NCBI GenBank assembly: GCA_013115145.1
Contig: JAAPAO010000066.1
Location: 1 to 64,000 of the forward strand
Source of the DNA: Perkinsus chesapeaki ATCC PRA-425
Taxonomy: Eukaryota; Protista; Perkinsozoa
Direction of reading: 5' to 3'
DNA length: 64,000 nucleotides
The notes below the pieces were generated by a model. It did no database searches. It saw only the letters and a program-made list of their open reading frames with translations, and was not told the DNA's origin. This document shows positions 12,901-25,595 of the stretch, one piece after another (the stretch's first letter is position 1; each line of letters opens with the position of its first letter). Position numbers and translations under genes: made by a program.

Positions 12901-13811
12901 AACTCTTGATAATACCATTCTCGCCAGTGTTGGTGTCATCTCTGGTCGAAGCGTTACATTATGTCCTTCCTTATCCACAAAGTTGTACCTACCAGACACC
13001 ACTTACTCTAACGGTACCCCTGCCACTATGTAAACCGATCCCACGGAACGCCTTCTTTGTACACTGGTTCAATTACAGTCTACAAACAAGTGCTGTTGAT
13101 ATGAACCACGTACCATATACCCCGATAACATGTATTCAGACAAGTGTTCTCATAAGCACCTTGTGGGACGGCCCAATCGAGTGCCCAGCTTGTATGATCC
13201 CGTTATTACATTTGCTCTACTATTTCTTCACCAGCTTTCCTTTTATATAAATCCTCATTCTCGAGAACTGGAGCATCATATTCCGAAAAACCAAATTGAG
13301 CTGATACCGATCGCCATTGACTAAATAGCCAATTCTAAAATAATAATAATATATAAGTAATATTATTAACTTACTCTAACACGCATATCTTCTGGGAAGA
13401 AATCCCGAGTGCCACTTGGAGGATCGAATGAGATAACTGATCAAGGGCAACTCAATCACGGTGCGGCAAGCGGGTGAGAGTTCAGTCACCCCCGCAGGTG
13501 GTCTGGGCAGCACTGTCATCACGGCAAGGTTGGCAAAGGAAAGACTAAATCTCACTGGCCAGCTAATAGTAGTACACAGCGAGCCCTGGTACTACACGTA
13601 CAACACTGCAACAGTTTTGAAGGCAGCGTCTGGGAAAGTGTCAAACTTGTGTAGCGCGCTGATATTCTTGAATTTCGCGTTGTCAAACTTGGCTGGGAGA
13701 AGGTGTAGTCGGTTGACTAATACGTCGCCGGAAACAAAGAAGAGGTAACTCCGCCGGACGGGTGAACCGCCTGTTGGTAATGCTAGCTAGCGCCTTAGCC
13801 GCCAGTCCCAT
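9983..13811 (-). CDS. HARS: Histidyl-tRNA synthetase, copy 2, with a different putative N-terminal leader; 5' exon junction uncertain
   Basis: Same exon set and intron positions as copy 1 from ISFDPPSG (about 13435) to the stop at 9983. The upstream ATG at 13811 opens [29 protein letters not shown], with a phase-1 GT donor able to join the shared exon. Confidence 0.85.
10343..11569. other. About 1.2-kb expanded intron of HisRS copy 2 (about 46 nt in copy 1), possible retroelement remnant
   Basis: Alignment of the two paralogues by eye. Contains a direct repeat AAAGAGCACACAAAGCATTTC (about 11499-11545) and a weak RNase H-like VLQADAKG on the minus strand. Confidence 0.55.
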
Positions 13812-14285
13812 TTCTACCTTTCCCTTTACTAGCCCGGCCAACACTCCTCGTAAACAATACCGCTGAAGACTTTAAACGCATCGGCAGCTCGCTCCGGTGA
13901 AATGAAAAAACCAAACTGCCACCAAGTGAGCCAAATCTAACACTGAGCTTTCTGATCCACTGATTTCGGTGTCTTATGAAAAGATACACTTTCCTCCCAA
14001 AGAGTCTTCGAACTCCTCCGCGCAATAAGTTATTGCGAACAACTCCATTGAAATTTCATTCTTTCGAAAATTTCCTGCTACTCATTATTTTACTATTAGC
14101 ATATCCGCATTCGACTCTCGCTTCCACTTCCAGTTTGTCGGTGAAACTCGAGTGTCAAGAAGCTCCCCTGTAAAATGCATATAAATACAAAATATTCCAA
14201 TACACTCCCCCTCTTCGACTACGTCAGCCCCTCCATTAGTCCCACTCGAACACAAACGATTTGCCATTAATGAACGTTCGCTGCA

Positions 14286-17200
14286 TCATCCATCTTCAGC
14301 AAATGCTACATTCGAAACTGCCCTCTTCACGCCATCCCAGGCGGCGGAGCGTTCAGATTGCCCATCATTCCCGGAGGCGGCGCGTGAAGACTTCCCGTTC
14401 CTCCGCCATACTTCCTAGAGCTTTCCGCAGCCGCAATTTCAGACTCCACACGAACTTGGTCCTTTGGGATGAAGAGACGCTGAACAGAAAAACTCATTCA
14501 CCAAGGTTCGAACCCACGCCCTCCCGAATAGCGAACATGAACCTTACCTTATTCACCTTTGCTTCCAGTTGAACATACACCTTCGTATCAGTGACATCGA
14601 TAACATTAGCCACCTGCCCCTTATATATACCTAATACCACACATAGATTCAATGCTGGAAAAACCTGTCTTAAATTTCAGCTAAATTTTGAAGATTCGTT
14701 CCACATAATCTTCTCAATTAAAGCTCTCAATTGTCCTTCTCATTACATCACTTACCACCCAATCACCAAATACAAAATATCTACCAAATTGGTAGTACCA
14801 ATCCCTAACCACTATCAATTCTCCAAAAATATATAATTATTTCTACTCTCTTTTCTTCCACTACGCTCTCCAACTATTTATATTGCCTATTACGTATATG
14901 ATAACTATTACTTCACAATTGATATAATCATCATACTTATTAAACTTAAGGCCCAACACAGCCAATCCCGTCGCCCCACCGCCTACCTTTAATAATACGT
15001 ATCCTTTTCCCCACCAATCTCGAGTCCCCCTTTCCTCCTCCTTTCCCTCCTCCGCTATGATAGCTCCCTTTACCTCCACTTCCCTTGTCATGATGCCCTC
15101 CACCACCACCCCACGAAGACCCCCCGCCAGAATTCCATCCCCAGCTCTTATTGCCCCCGCCACTGCCCCACTGGGAGCCCCAGCTGCTTCCAGATGACTG
15201 ATTGTGCTGCTGCGTATCACCACCACCACCTCCAACTTCTGGGGCGAAATCGTCTGCTCGAACCCCGCCTCGACCTAAGATATTATTATATTCTGCAGTT
15301 GTTCAATTTCAAAAAGCACGAGTAACTTTTGGTGGGAAGTGAGCGAGAAGTGGTGAGAAGTGAGCGAAATACTCAGAAAAAATAATAACACTGCCCGATA
15401 AAGAAGATTAAAAGAATTCAAAATATATACATTACACCGTTTCAAGCGTTTCTCAGGTTGTATATCTTGGAAGCTTAAGATTTGTCCAGGCCTTCTCTGC
15501 ACCCCCCCAGAAGACCGCAGGGTAACAGCAAAAAGAATCTATTTAATAGTAATATATATTCTGACATATCTATCTCCGCATCAACTTGGGGATAGATGGC
15601 ATCCTTAAACGCCTAAAGTAACGACTCTCATAATTGGTCATGTACTATTATTAAACATTATCTTCATCAAACTATACATTATAAAATGCCATACCATCCA
15701 ATGAGGAAAGTTAAAGCCGTCCTCCGGAATTCCACCATCCTTACCTTTGCCTTTTCCTCCTTTCCCTTTACCACCAAAAGTACGATTCGCCACTAGCTCC
15801 ACTTGATGCCCAGTGATAGCGACAATCCCCCCATCTTCAAGACGGTCATTAACCTATGCCATAATCGATCAACTGGGCGCGCGCTAATCGATCAATTACT
15901 TTCACCCAAGCAACGTTGTTCATAATGTGCTTCACTTGAGCACCTTTCCCTGCTAGGGGATGAGGAGGTAGGATTTTTAATAACGCCCTAAATGCCGTAA
16001 CCAGGAATTGAACCCACGACCTCCTGCATGACAGCCCTGTCTCACCCTGGTTTGAAAGGATTGTTGTTAACATCCATAAGAAAGACAACGTTGGTGTCGC
16101 GATGTCTACCCAGACTTCCCACAGGTACATTGCGAGCCCTGTTATCATTTCCTATTATTTTCGCGGTAGTCCCTGAGATAACGACAAACATTACCCATAC
16201 CCCAAATCAGGGTAAACGGTAAATATTATAGGTCGCCAATGTCTTAATATACAGCCCTCCCCAATGAAATAGAATATTTCGTTTTTTAACTATTTCTCGT
16301 CTGCTACTGTGTGTACGACCTTAAAATCTTGTAGCATAGTACTAGAACACACAGCAAGGAAGAATATACGTATAAGTGCTCGCCTACTCATGTTGGTCGC
16401 GAAAATTTCGAGACATCCCCTCTCATTATCGACAAGTGTACTAGAGAAAGCGGATTGGTGAGGAGTGATTGACGAAATCACGTGACTAAGATAAAAACCA
16501 ATCATCATTTTGGAGTGAAATATCCCATCTGTTCATAGGATTTGGTGATGGATGGTTGCAGCGCTCATTCACTGCTAGTATTCAATAATTACCCATCATA
16601 CTATATACTACCGATACCCTATAAATTTGCTCGAGTACAATACTAGAGACGGTGGGCACTATAGATGGGCAGCAGCAATGTTCACAACCTCCCTCAAGTC
16701 TCCGTCGCTTGTGCCGCCGGCAGCAAGTGCCATTGAAGTCAATAATCAGTCACTTTACGTTCACAAGTGACTGCTCCTACGTATTGATACCATCCACGCT
16801 CTCCCTCCCCCTTACCGCTCGCTGCAATACTAACAATAACTCCTACACCAGATGAGCCACTAACGTTAAGTGTTACCAAATCACCAACTTTATATTGACC
16901 AATCCTGAGCGAGTGTGAATAACTTGATCCTTATCAAACCATATCAATGTTATCATGATTCTAAAATTTACAATTTTGTTATTCTATCAGAGCAATAAAA
17001 TTCCTTTCTGTTATTACTCATCTCTTCATGTGCCAGATTTCCCCATCAAAGCATATATACGCTTTCTCATCTCACCGCAATCTCCATCCTCATATATGCG
17101 CTTTAATAGCAAGTCTTCCAAAATCTTTCTACGCCCTAGCCTTCGCCCTTCAATACTCCCCCTTTACTTTTCAATGCCTTTCGACACCTCCGCTGTCAAC

Positions 17201-20200
17201 TTCAAATTAGAACTTTGACATTTGACTTCTCGCGGCTCATTATCAGTCAATACAGTAGCAACCGATCCACTCACTTTAATAACCGTACCAGTGTCACCAG
17301 CTGAAGCACCTGAGGTTGAGAATATTACCGAATTAAGAGGGATAGAAATATATTCAAAAACTCGTTAACATGAAGTGAAAGATTCAAAATTATGTTAGTT
17401 GCCTATCAAACTGGTACATACAGTAAATTACTGTATGTATCAGTTTGATAGGCAACTAAGTTAGTTGAACTAACATTACTGTCAGTAATAATACCGAATA
17501 ATGAAACCTCCACGTTACCGCCCCTTTCTTATTACCATCCAATATCTTAACATGATCACCCATATCGAAATGCTTGCTGAGATCCTTTATAGCCACAGTT
17601 ACGTGACCTTTACCATGACCGACTTCAATGCTAACACGCTTCCTATCGGTGTCGATGGTCACCTAATGAGAATTGATTTTGGAAGTAATGAACGCGGCAT
17701 CTAAAGTGTAGACTGATAATGTTAGATAAAGCGAATTTGAACGAATTAGAAAAGACGGAAAAACGTTGATGTGATTCAGTATCGAAATGCGCAAAACTAG
17801 GAAGGGAAAAAAGGCGTAAACTAAACGGAAAAAATTGAAGGGAAGCAATAAGAAGGCCCAAAAAGGGAAAGTAAAAGACGTAAAAAATCCTCAAAACAGC
17901 ACTAAAAAGTCGTAAGTAGAAAACCTAGAGCGGCAATACGTTAATAAAGAAGAGGCGTTGTGGGGCGGCGCGACAAATATGTCTTATCTCTTCCGCTCCG
18001 ATCGTTGCCCTTTTTATTACCACTTTCCCTCGAAGATTCTTCATATCGCCACCAGTGACTACTACAGCATCACCAACAGACAGCGCGGCAGCTGCCCGAC
18101 TGCCCGAGGCTTCAGACTAAACACACTAAATAATACCGTATTTCCTACAAATCAGGTCTGCCGGGTAACCTATTGAGAGTTGTTGTGAAGATAATGTTGA
18201 TAAATCATTGCTATGACGCCCACTTGCTGACAATAGCCATATTTATAGGTTCTATTACACTGGGCTTTAATCGGCTCGACTAGTTAGAAACGTTTGATCA
18301 ATTGGCTCAACATAATTCTATGTTAACTAAGGTACCTTTATGACGGACCACAAAAGTGAAAAGAGAGAACAATCTCATCAGCTTCATATCACTTCTATCG
18401 AACATGATCCGCTTCCCCGCTGTCCTTCAGTTCCGAGATTCGAGTTCCCGTACGGAGATTATCAAGCCAGTTCCCGAACGAGCAGCTAGAATGTCGCATT
18501 ATTATTCATACTCATTTTTTCGACGCTTTTCAATCATATATTACAAAATTTACTTTACCTAATTTCCTATACTTATAATAGGCAATACCACTCCTAGTGT
18601 GCTTCAGATAATACTTATACTTGCCTTATTATACTTATACTAGTATTAATACAAGTACACTATTCATATACTTGCCATGCACATACAACTGCGACAGCTA
18701 TTTTCCCAACTATATATAATAACAATACGTCCCCAATAACATAATCACATTCAATCATCCGAAATAAAAGCCTTCAAATATCAACTACGCTTCATGCAGA
18801 TTCGCAATATTATTTCCTGCCGGCTTTTCACAGAACCTCCTTTCCCAGGTAACTTACCATAGAAGCCGCCGCAGCAGCTAGTAATGCTTGCCCCTCCCCG
18901 CCTAAATACAATTACGATTTGACAGAAATACGGTATGATTAAAATCACTCACCAGCCGCAGCGCTCCCCAAGAACTCTGAGATCTCCGTAATACTCGGCT
19001 GTACATCATCTCCCGTAATCAACGCATTCCGCTTAAACCGTCGATAAAGGTAGCCGTCCTTATTACAGATATTTATACCAAATTTCCCACAACTCATCCC
19101 ACCTTATATCTCTCATTTCTGTACTGGTCGAACACCTCATTAGGGTTTGTGGCCGTCCTATATCGGACACGCTCAACAGTTCCCTGACCTGAGCGAAAAC
19201 AGTTTCGGAAAAAATCTGGAAATTTCCACATCAGCGATTTTCCCGCACAAAAGATGCGACTAAGCGGGAAAATCCCACAGAAAATTTACTCGATTTCCCC
19301 GTCAATATGACATCTAATAGATTCCTAACTACTTCATCGTATTCCTCTTTATGAAGTAAAAAGCCATTCTTCTTCCTATTTTCAAGTGAGTTTCAATATT
19401 CTCTATTAAACAGTGTTTTAAATACTCAATATTTCAAGCCACGACGCATCTTCCACACTATCACCAGAGACTGCTCACCCGGATTCTTTCGAGTGCGCAT
19501 TCTCCTTGGTATCCCAAAGATTCCCATATAACTTCCACACAATTCCTGTCCCCTTTTACTACCCCCTCGATTCTCAGCTTCGATCGGGTCAAAAAAGCTC
19601 GCATGCGGTCGAGGCTTCTTTCCCGTTCTCCTTCCAAACAAAGCTGAATGCGTCTCTCTATCATACCATAAGAGTCACGCGCCATAAAATTATTTCCCCT
19701 TTACCTCGAATCCTCATCATAATTGATCCTTGGACGTATCTTAACTTCAACATCCATATCGAAGCACTCCACAACTTGGGCCAGATCATTCTGAAAAATA
19801 TTATCGTTCATCAGATACTTGAGAGAAAACATACAAAATGTATAACGACAAAAAATATGATTATATATACAGTAATAATGTAGCTATAAGTATGATTATA
19901 TATATCAATATGGTGTATACAGTCGGTATCAATAAAATTAAAATGAATATAATTAGAACCAAAAATAGCATATTCAGGAAGATGCAATTGGCCCTCCTGA
20001 GCCCTCCCCTCCCTATTACACTATAAGTTGGATGCCTCTTTATCCTCACCCACTCCCCCATTTTAAGTGGCACAAACCGTCCCTTAGCCGCCTCCTGCGC
20101 CGATCGGAACACTCCTAGCATCTCACTTGCTGGTACAACTTTCACCGAGTTACTGAAAATAACAAAAATAACTAAACCCGAGAAATATCGGCAAAAATGA

Positions 20201-22530
20201 TACAGAAGTATTTTTGATGTAAGCTGTGATTTCTTTATTTATCGGACAGCACAGTTCCCCTTGCGACGTAAGAGGAACAACACTTGTCGAGATATGATCT
20301 ATATAATAGATTTTAGTAATAATACATAATGCACCCGGAATCTCAACATTATCGATTTTTTCTCAGATTCTTACGAAAACGTCCTTCCTTTTTCTATTTT
20401 CCCTTTAATATTTCCTTCCTTTTTATATTTTCCCTTTAATATTTCCTTCCTATTACCCTATATGTATTCCCCCTTTATTTTATCCATTCCCCATACCCTT
20501 ACGCATTAATCTGCCTTATTCCCGTCACGAACCGTTTAATATGGTTAACACTCTTTCCCTCAACGTAAATATAACCCTTCAAATTGTCGCTAGCAAACGC
20601 CGATAGTATACCTACAAATCGATCGCCTGATCGATTATGCCACCCTATGCTATTACCAGTTTTAACGCCCTTCTTTCGGAAGTGTTCGTACTTGCTACTC
20701 AATCGCGTAATGATCTCCCTCTCGTGCCCGATATCAAAACATTTCACCTGCGACAAATCGATCACGTGATCGATTTCGATATTGCAACGTTTCTCACCAA
20801 GAAAAGTTTCGAATCGGAAGGTTCTGGCAGCGGCCCAGCTTCCGGCAACTCACCCAAAGAATCTAGAAATCACAAAATTTCCAGCGCGCCACGAAATTGT
20901 CCTCACCGTAACCGCCCTCATCAGCCGACGAATACATTGGCTCAGACGGAGGAGGGGGAGAAGGGGATGCCGTAACGCTGATCGAAAACCGTAATTCATG
21001 AAACACTTCGCTCCGCCTACCTTCCCGATTTCCTATGCCTTTCCGCTTTTTTACGCTCCCTACGTTCAACATCCGAAGGTGACGGAGAGCTTGCTGTACC
21101 GGAGGACTTCTGAGATGTTAAATTTAATAAACACATAGAGATTTAATAAGTATAAAATATATCAGATTGCGTCATAACAATATAAGTTAATATACTTGAA
21201 TTGATGCACGTTGAAGGCCATATCCCTAGACCTTCGCCATCGAGCAGCGGAGCTCGCTCAACCTCTGAATCTAATTTCTAATCTTTCATTAAATGTATCA
21301 TTTCACTTTCCAAAGACCAACCCCCTATCGCTTCCTTCTCACGTGTTCCCTCCCTCTCCTATCAGCCCTCCTTTCCTCATGCCTCCTACTTCCTTCACCC
21401 CGTCTGCTAGGATGGACAACCTTAGCCGCTGCTGCCGCTGCTGCAGCTGCTTGTCGCCTAACAATCCCCTTTTCTGACACCTCTAGCTACCCTTTCCTAC
21501 CTCGCCTCTATTTCCCTTCTTTGCTGCGCCACTTCTCTTCGTTGTTCATGTTCAGCCGCAGCATGCTCGGCCTGCTGCTCTTCATTCTTTGCGCGCTCTT
21601 CCCACCTTTGAGGAAAAATCGGTATAAATTTATGGAAAAATCGGTACGAATTATAGGGAAAATCGGTATGAATTCATGGAAAAATCGGTACGAATTATAG
21701 GGAAAATCGGTAAGAATTTATGGGGAAATCGGTATGAACTAGCACGCTCACCTTTGTATGAGATCGCCAAATCTCTTCTGTCCCCTATTTGGTCGACTGG
21801 CCCAATCTTCCTGCTGATGCGCCGCTCTACCTAAATGGCATCATAATTACCAATAATGAGTTAAATTGAGCTGTAATATCAACGCCTCAAGTGACAGAAA
21901 TGAACGAAGATTAAACATATTAAATGATTAATCGATGTGTGTAAAAAAGTTGAAAAGATGAAAGAAATATAAAAACGTAATATGAGAAATGCGAAAAGCA
22001 AGAAATAGATTAAAAAAGCAAATATAAAATATCCTATCTGCAGCTGTTGTCCCCCCCCGGCATACTACCCTTCCTAGCGGCCCCTTCCTCCTCAAACTCT
22101 TCCTCCTCATCAGAGTCTTCCTCGCCTGCCTCCAAATCGAGGAACTTATACCTTCCACCAAAAATACCAAAACACACAGAAACATGCTACTATCTTTTAC
22201 GCTTTCGACTTTTTCTTTGGTCGCTCGTTTCGACTTGGTGCGCTCGCGGGAGCCTCCTTGCGCTTTCGCTGTGCAGCCGCTTCCTGAACGAGATAATCTA
22301 CTCCAGTAGTCAAGACAGACGGCTCAGAACCTTTCGGTCCTCGGTTCGATTCCCAGGACCTACTTTCGCAGCTTTTTTCTTCCTTGCCGCATCTCTCCTA
22401 CGAGTAGGGGAAGAATCCTCACCGGACGACGAACCCTCCGAGCCGCTGGAGGCGGAGGCGTCTCTGAGAATGAGCTTAAAGCGCGAGGCTTAGATGGTCG
22501 AGAGCAAGTGATAATAATGATGTTATGAGA
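14286..22530 (-). CDS. SPT5: Transcription elongation factor Spt5 (NGN + KOW domains), many exons; 5' end approximate
   Basis: NGN: VKCFDIGHEREII...SAFASDNLKGYIYVEGK. KOW1: GEWVRIKR; DGYLYRRF. KOW3: KHFDMGDHVKILDG; IGQYKVGDLV. KOW5: LVGKRIRIKG|IYKGQVANVIDVTDTKVYVQLEAK. Acidic/charged N-terminal exons lie at 21.2-22.5 kb. Confidence 0.9.
21615..21740. repeat. 22-bp degenerate tandem repeat (AAAATCGGTA core), about 6 copies, intronic in SPT5
   Basis: AAAATCGGTA recurs every 22 nt. Confidence 0.85.
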
Positions 22531-25522
22531 TACCCTCTGATGATGACTAAGAAATTTGTGACATTTACTTCATTTCCCTTTTCAAACAGTTTGTATAAAT
22601 TAATAAATAACCTCATATTGTAACACAGGAGAATCTTAAATCAGTAGAAGATCCTCGCTTCAAGCTCTATTGGGGGTGTGATGAAAGTGAGATTTCCTAC
22701 TACGCAAGTCGCCGTCGAGAAATTTCAAACATATTTTCTGATAGAAAAATAGGATTATACGTTCTTGCAACGAGTTCACTAAATCGCCGTAACCCCAAAC
22801 CACGATTGATGATGATGATCGCCCTAAAATCATCAAAGCCGCCTGAGCGTTAGAGTTGTTCTATAACAGCGCCGGATGGAAAAGATTATTTATTATCAAA
22901 AAACAGGGTAAACGAGTACCTTGGTTTCGAAGAGATCCAAATGGGGGTATGTCGATTTCAAGTTGGTAAGAGGAAAGAGCGGTATGAGCTTTCATAAGGC
23001 CGGAGAATATGGAGTCTAATTCCTATGGGGATTTAGAACAACGTCTTTGCGGGCAATAACTTGGTTTTAAAGTGGAGAGCGCGGTATGAGAAATTGAATG
23101 TATTATCCCTTTTATAAATCAACCACTGGGGATTCTCATACCGATTTTTCCTCCAACTTCCGTTAGCATACCCCCCCGTATTACGATGATGAGTCATTAT
23201 CAGACCCCTCACTGGCAGATGACACTTTATCCTCTTCCTCTCGTGCCATTTGATAACCGACTCCACTCAAATCTGATAACTACTAATTTCGAGGCGCGCG
23301 ACTCTTATAATTGAGAAAATATAAGAGTGCAAGATTGTACTGATTGCACTTCCTCAAATCCGGATGTCAGAATGGTAGCAAGAAGTTGTTGCCCAACTCC
23401 ACCTTCATCACCCGCATCGTTGCCATTAACACTAGAGGATAATAGTGTCACTCAAGCCCTTAAAGAATCTGCAATAAGGGCTGAACAATGTGCATGCGTG
23501 CAGCAACCGTTTCATCACCTTAAAGTATTATCGTAATGTAAGGAAAGCCGATGAGTGGTCACTCGATGCTCGCGGTCCTGATTAAGTCGTGCTTTCCCGA
23601 CAGTTACGTTATACCAGCATTGTCAGATCAATTAAAATGATTATTGGATTTTATTCTCCATATCGTATAGCTAACCTAGATAATAAAATATAAGGATTTT
23701 CTCCAAGTGATGATGCTATGAATTCTTCGATGAGCTTTCATTTCCCCTTTGAAATTCGGTTCTTCCAGGTTTGTATTGAAATGTCGGAGCACGGATCAGC
23801 TAACGAGCTTCGTGTTAAGCATGAGAAGGCTATCAGTGCAGCACACCAAGTGCACGGATATAAGCTAGATTTCTCTGCCTACATACTTGGACATGATCCT
23901 CAGTACTTGGGGGTCAATGGAAAGGTAATATAAAAGGGAAAGAGAATTATTGTGGTGTTATTCCAACAACTTCTCATTCGATTTCAAATGAAAGTCTTCA
24001 TAAACCAATTAGTAGTATGGTAGTTTGGTATGCTATATGTGACGGATTCGAGGCACGGCTGCTTTCAAATTGGACATTCGACCCGACCGCTTGAAGATTC
24101 CTACCAGGTTTAAGTTTACTAATATAAGATCGCAGGAGAGGCCACTTTAATGAGAGTGAATGCATCGGTTTAATGATAGCAATCGTTGTCCTTCCTGGGT
24201 TGGCGTTCCCTCATTTTTACCGTCTAAATAGAGATTGATTGTTATTATCGGCATCTGATCTCTAGTAGCTAGTCTAGTAGAGGTGACTAGCTACTAGCTG
24301 AAATTGAACGATAGAAGAATGTGACCAAGGCAGGTTTCTGTGTGCTCAGATTCAGTACGGTAAGCCGTACGCAAATGATTCGTCAAATGTGCAAGCTGTG
24401 CTGAATGCTCCTGGCTACTGGAGCAGGGTCTACTACAGAGGTGGCGGCAATGAGGAGTAGGGTGGCTAATCACATATTAATGAAGGTGTAGTGGCAGGTC
24501 TAATAAGAGGGGGATGGAACGGACGCAAAGTGAAGGGTTGATAGAAGGTAGGAGTGAGATAATGATGTTATAAAATACATAATAATATATGCACTGGTAA
24601 ATATACAATATGTTGATAAAATGAGTAGCAGGTTCGATATTTCATAAAAAATGATAAGTTATGAAGCCATTAAATATTCGTCACACTTAAGGTTACTGGA
24701 CACAAAAACTGTCTCCCTTTTGGCAGGAGGGGGTGCCTGTGAAGCTTATGAGGGTATAAAGGAGAGGATGAAAGGCTTCGTGGAAGGGTATAATAAACCC
24801 AAGCTCAAGTGGGCGCCGACCAGCGAGAAATTTCGAGGCGAGCGAATGTAGTAGATTGTCGGACTTGGGGAAGGAAAGGCGGTTCGGACTTTTAGACGGC
24901 CAGTCGACAATGGGAGGCTGACCTTCCATAATACATTGAGTCATATGAAGGTCACTACATTTAATGATAAGGGATCGGATTTGGGAGCGCCGGGGTTGGC
25001 GTCATCGAGGAGCTGTGTCGATCTGTTTGCTGGGGGCAAGGGAGGAAGGTATTGCCAGGAGGCACATAGGTAGTTGTTGGGGGGCAGGAGGAAACAAATT
25101 GTGGAGATTGGAATATTGATTTTATGATTGTAACTCTGTGTGTTGGCAACAACCAACGGTATTGTAATGAAATCTGGGATGGGTTGGGGTTCGCCTGCTC
25201 TGCACACCGAGATGTGCTGGTAGAAATATCCCTGTGATGACGAAGGTATATTAGGAGTTTGGTCCTAATGTTAACTAAATGTGGTCCTCGGGAGATCACC
25301 AGTCGCTGTTCCTCCAGTCAATGATATTCACCGTGCTCGCTTACGTGCGAATGGAAGATGTCTTCGCCGCGATGTTGTCCGCGTGGATTTAGGTCCCGAC
25401 CGTCTGAAGTTGCTCACATCTCGAGTATTTACTTTCGAAGGGATAGAGATCTGATAAGTTTGCCAGCTGTGAGTGAATGAGATTACAGCCTAGAACTTGA
25501 AGAATAATGTTAAAATTCATTA

Positions 25523-25595
25523 GCCCGTCTAGCTCAGTCGGTAGAGCGCAAGGCTCTTAACCTTGTGGTCGTGGGTTCGAGCCCCACGGTGGGTG
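25523..25595 (+). tRNA. tRNA-Lys(CTT)
   Basis: GCCCGTCTAGCTCAGTCGGTAGAGCGCAAGGCTCTTAACCTTGTGGTCGTGGGTTCGAGCCCCACGGTGGGTG folds as a 73-nt cloverleaf with anticodon CTT and a G1-U72 wobble, followed by TTTT. Confidence 0.97.

Noticed and set aside
14495-14525. B-box-like GGGTTCGAACC
   Set aside because: An isolated motif in an SPT5 intron with no cloverleaf.
22600-25300. Short ORFs with faint RT or integrase-like words (e.g. PQYLGV)
   Set aside because: No ordered set of motifs, so I cannot support either a gene or an element call.
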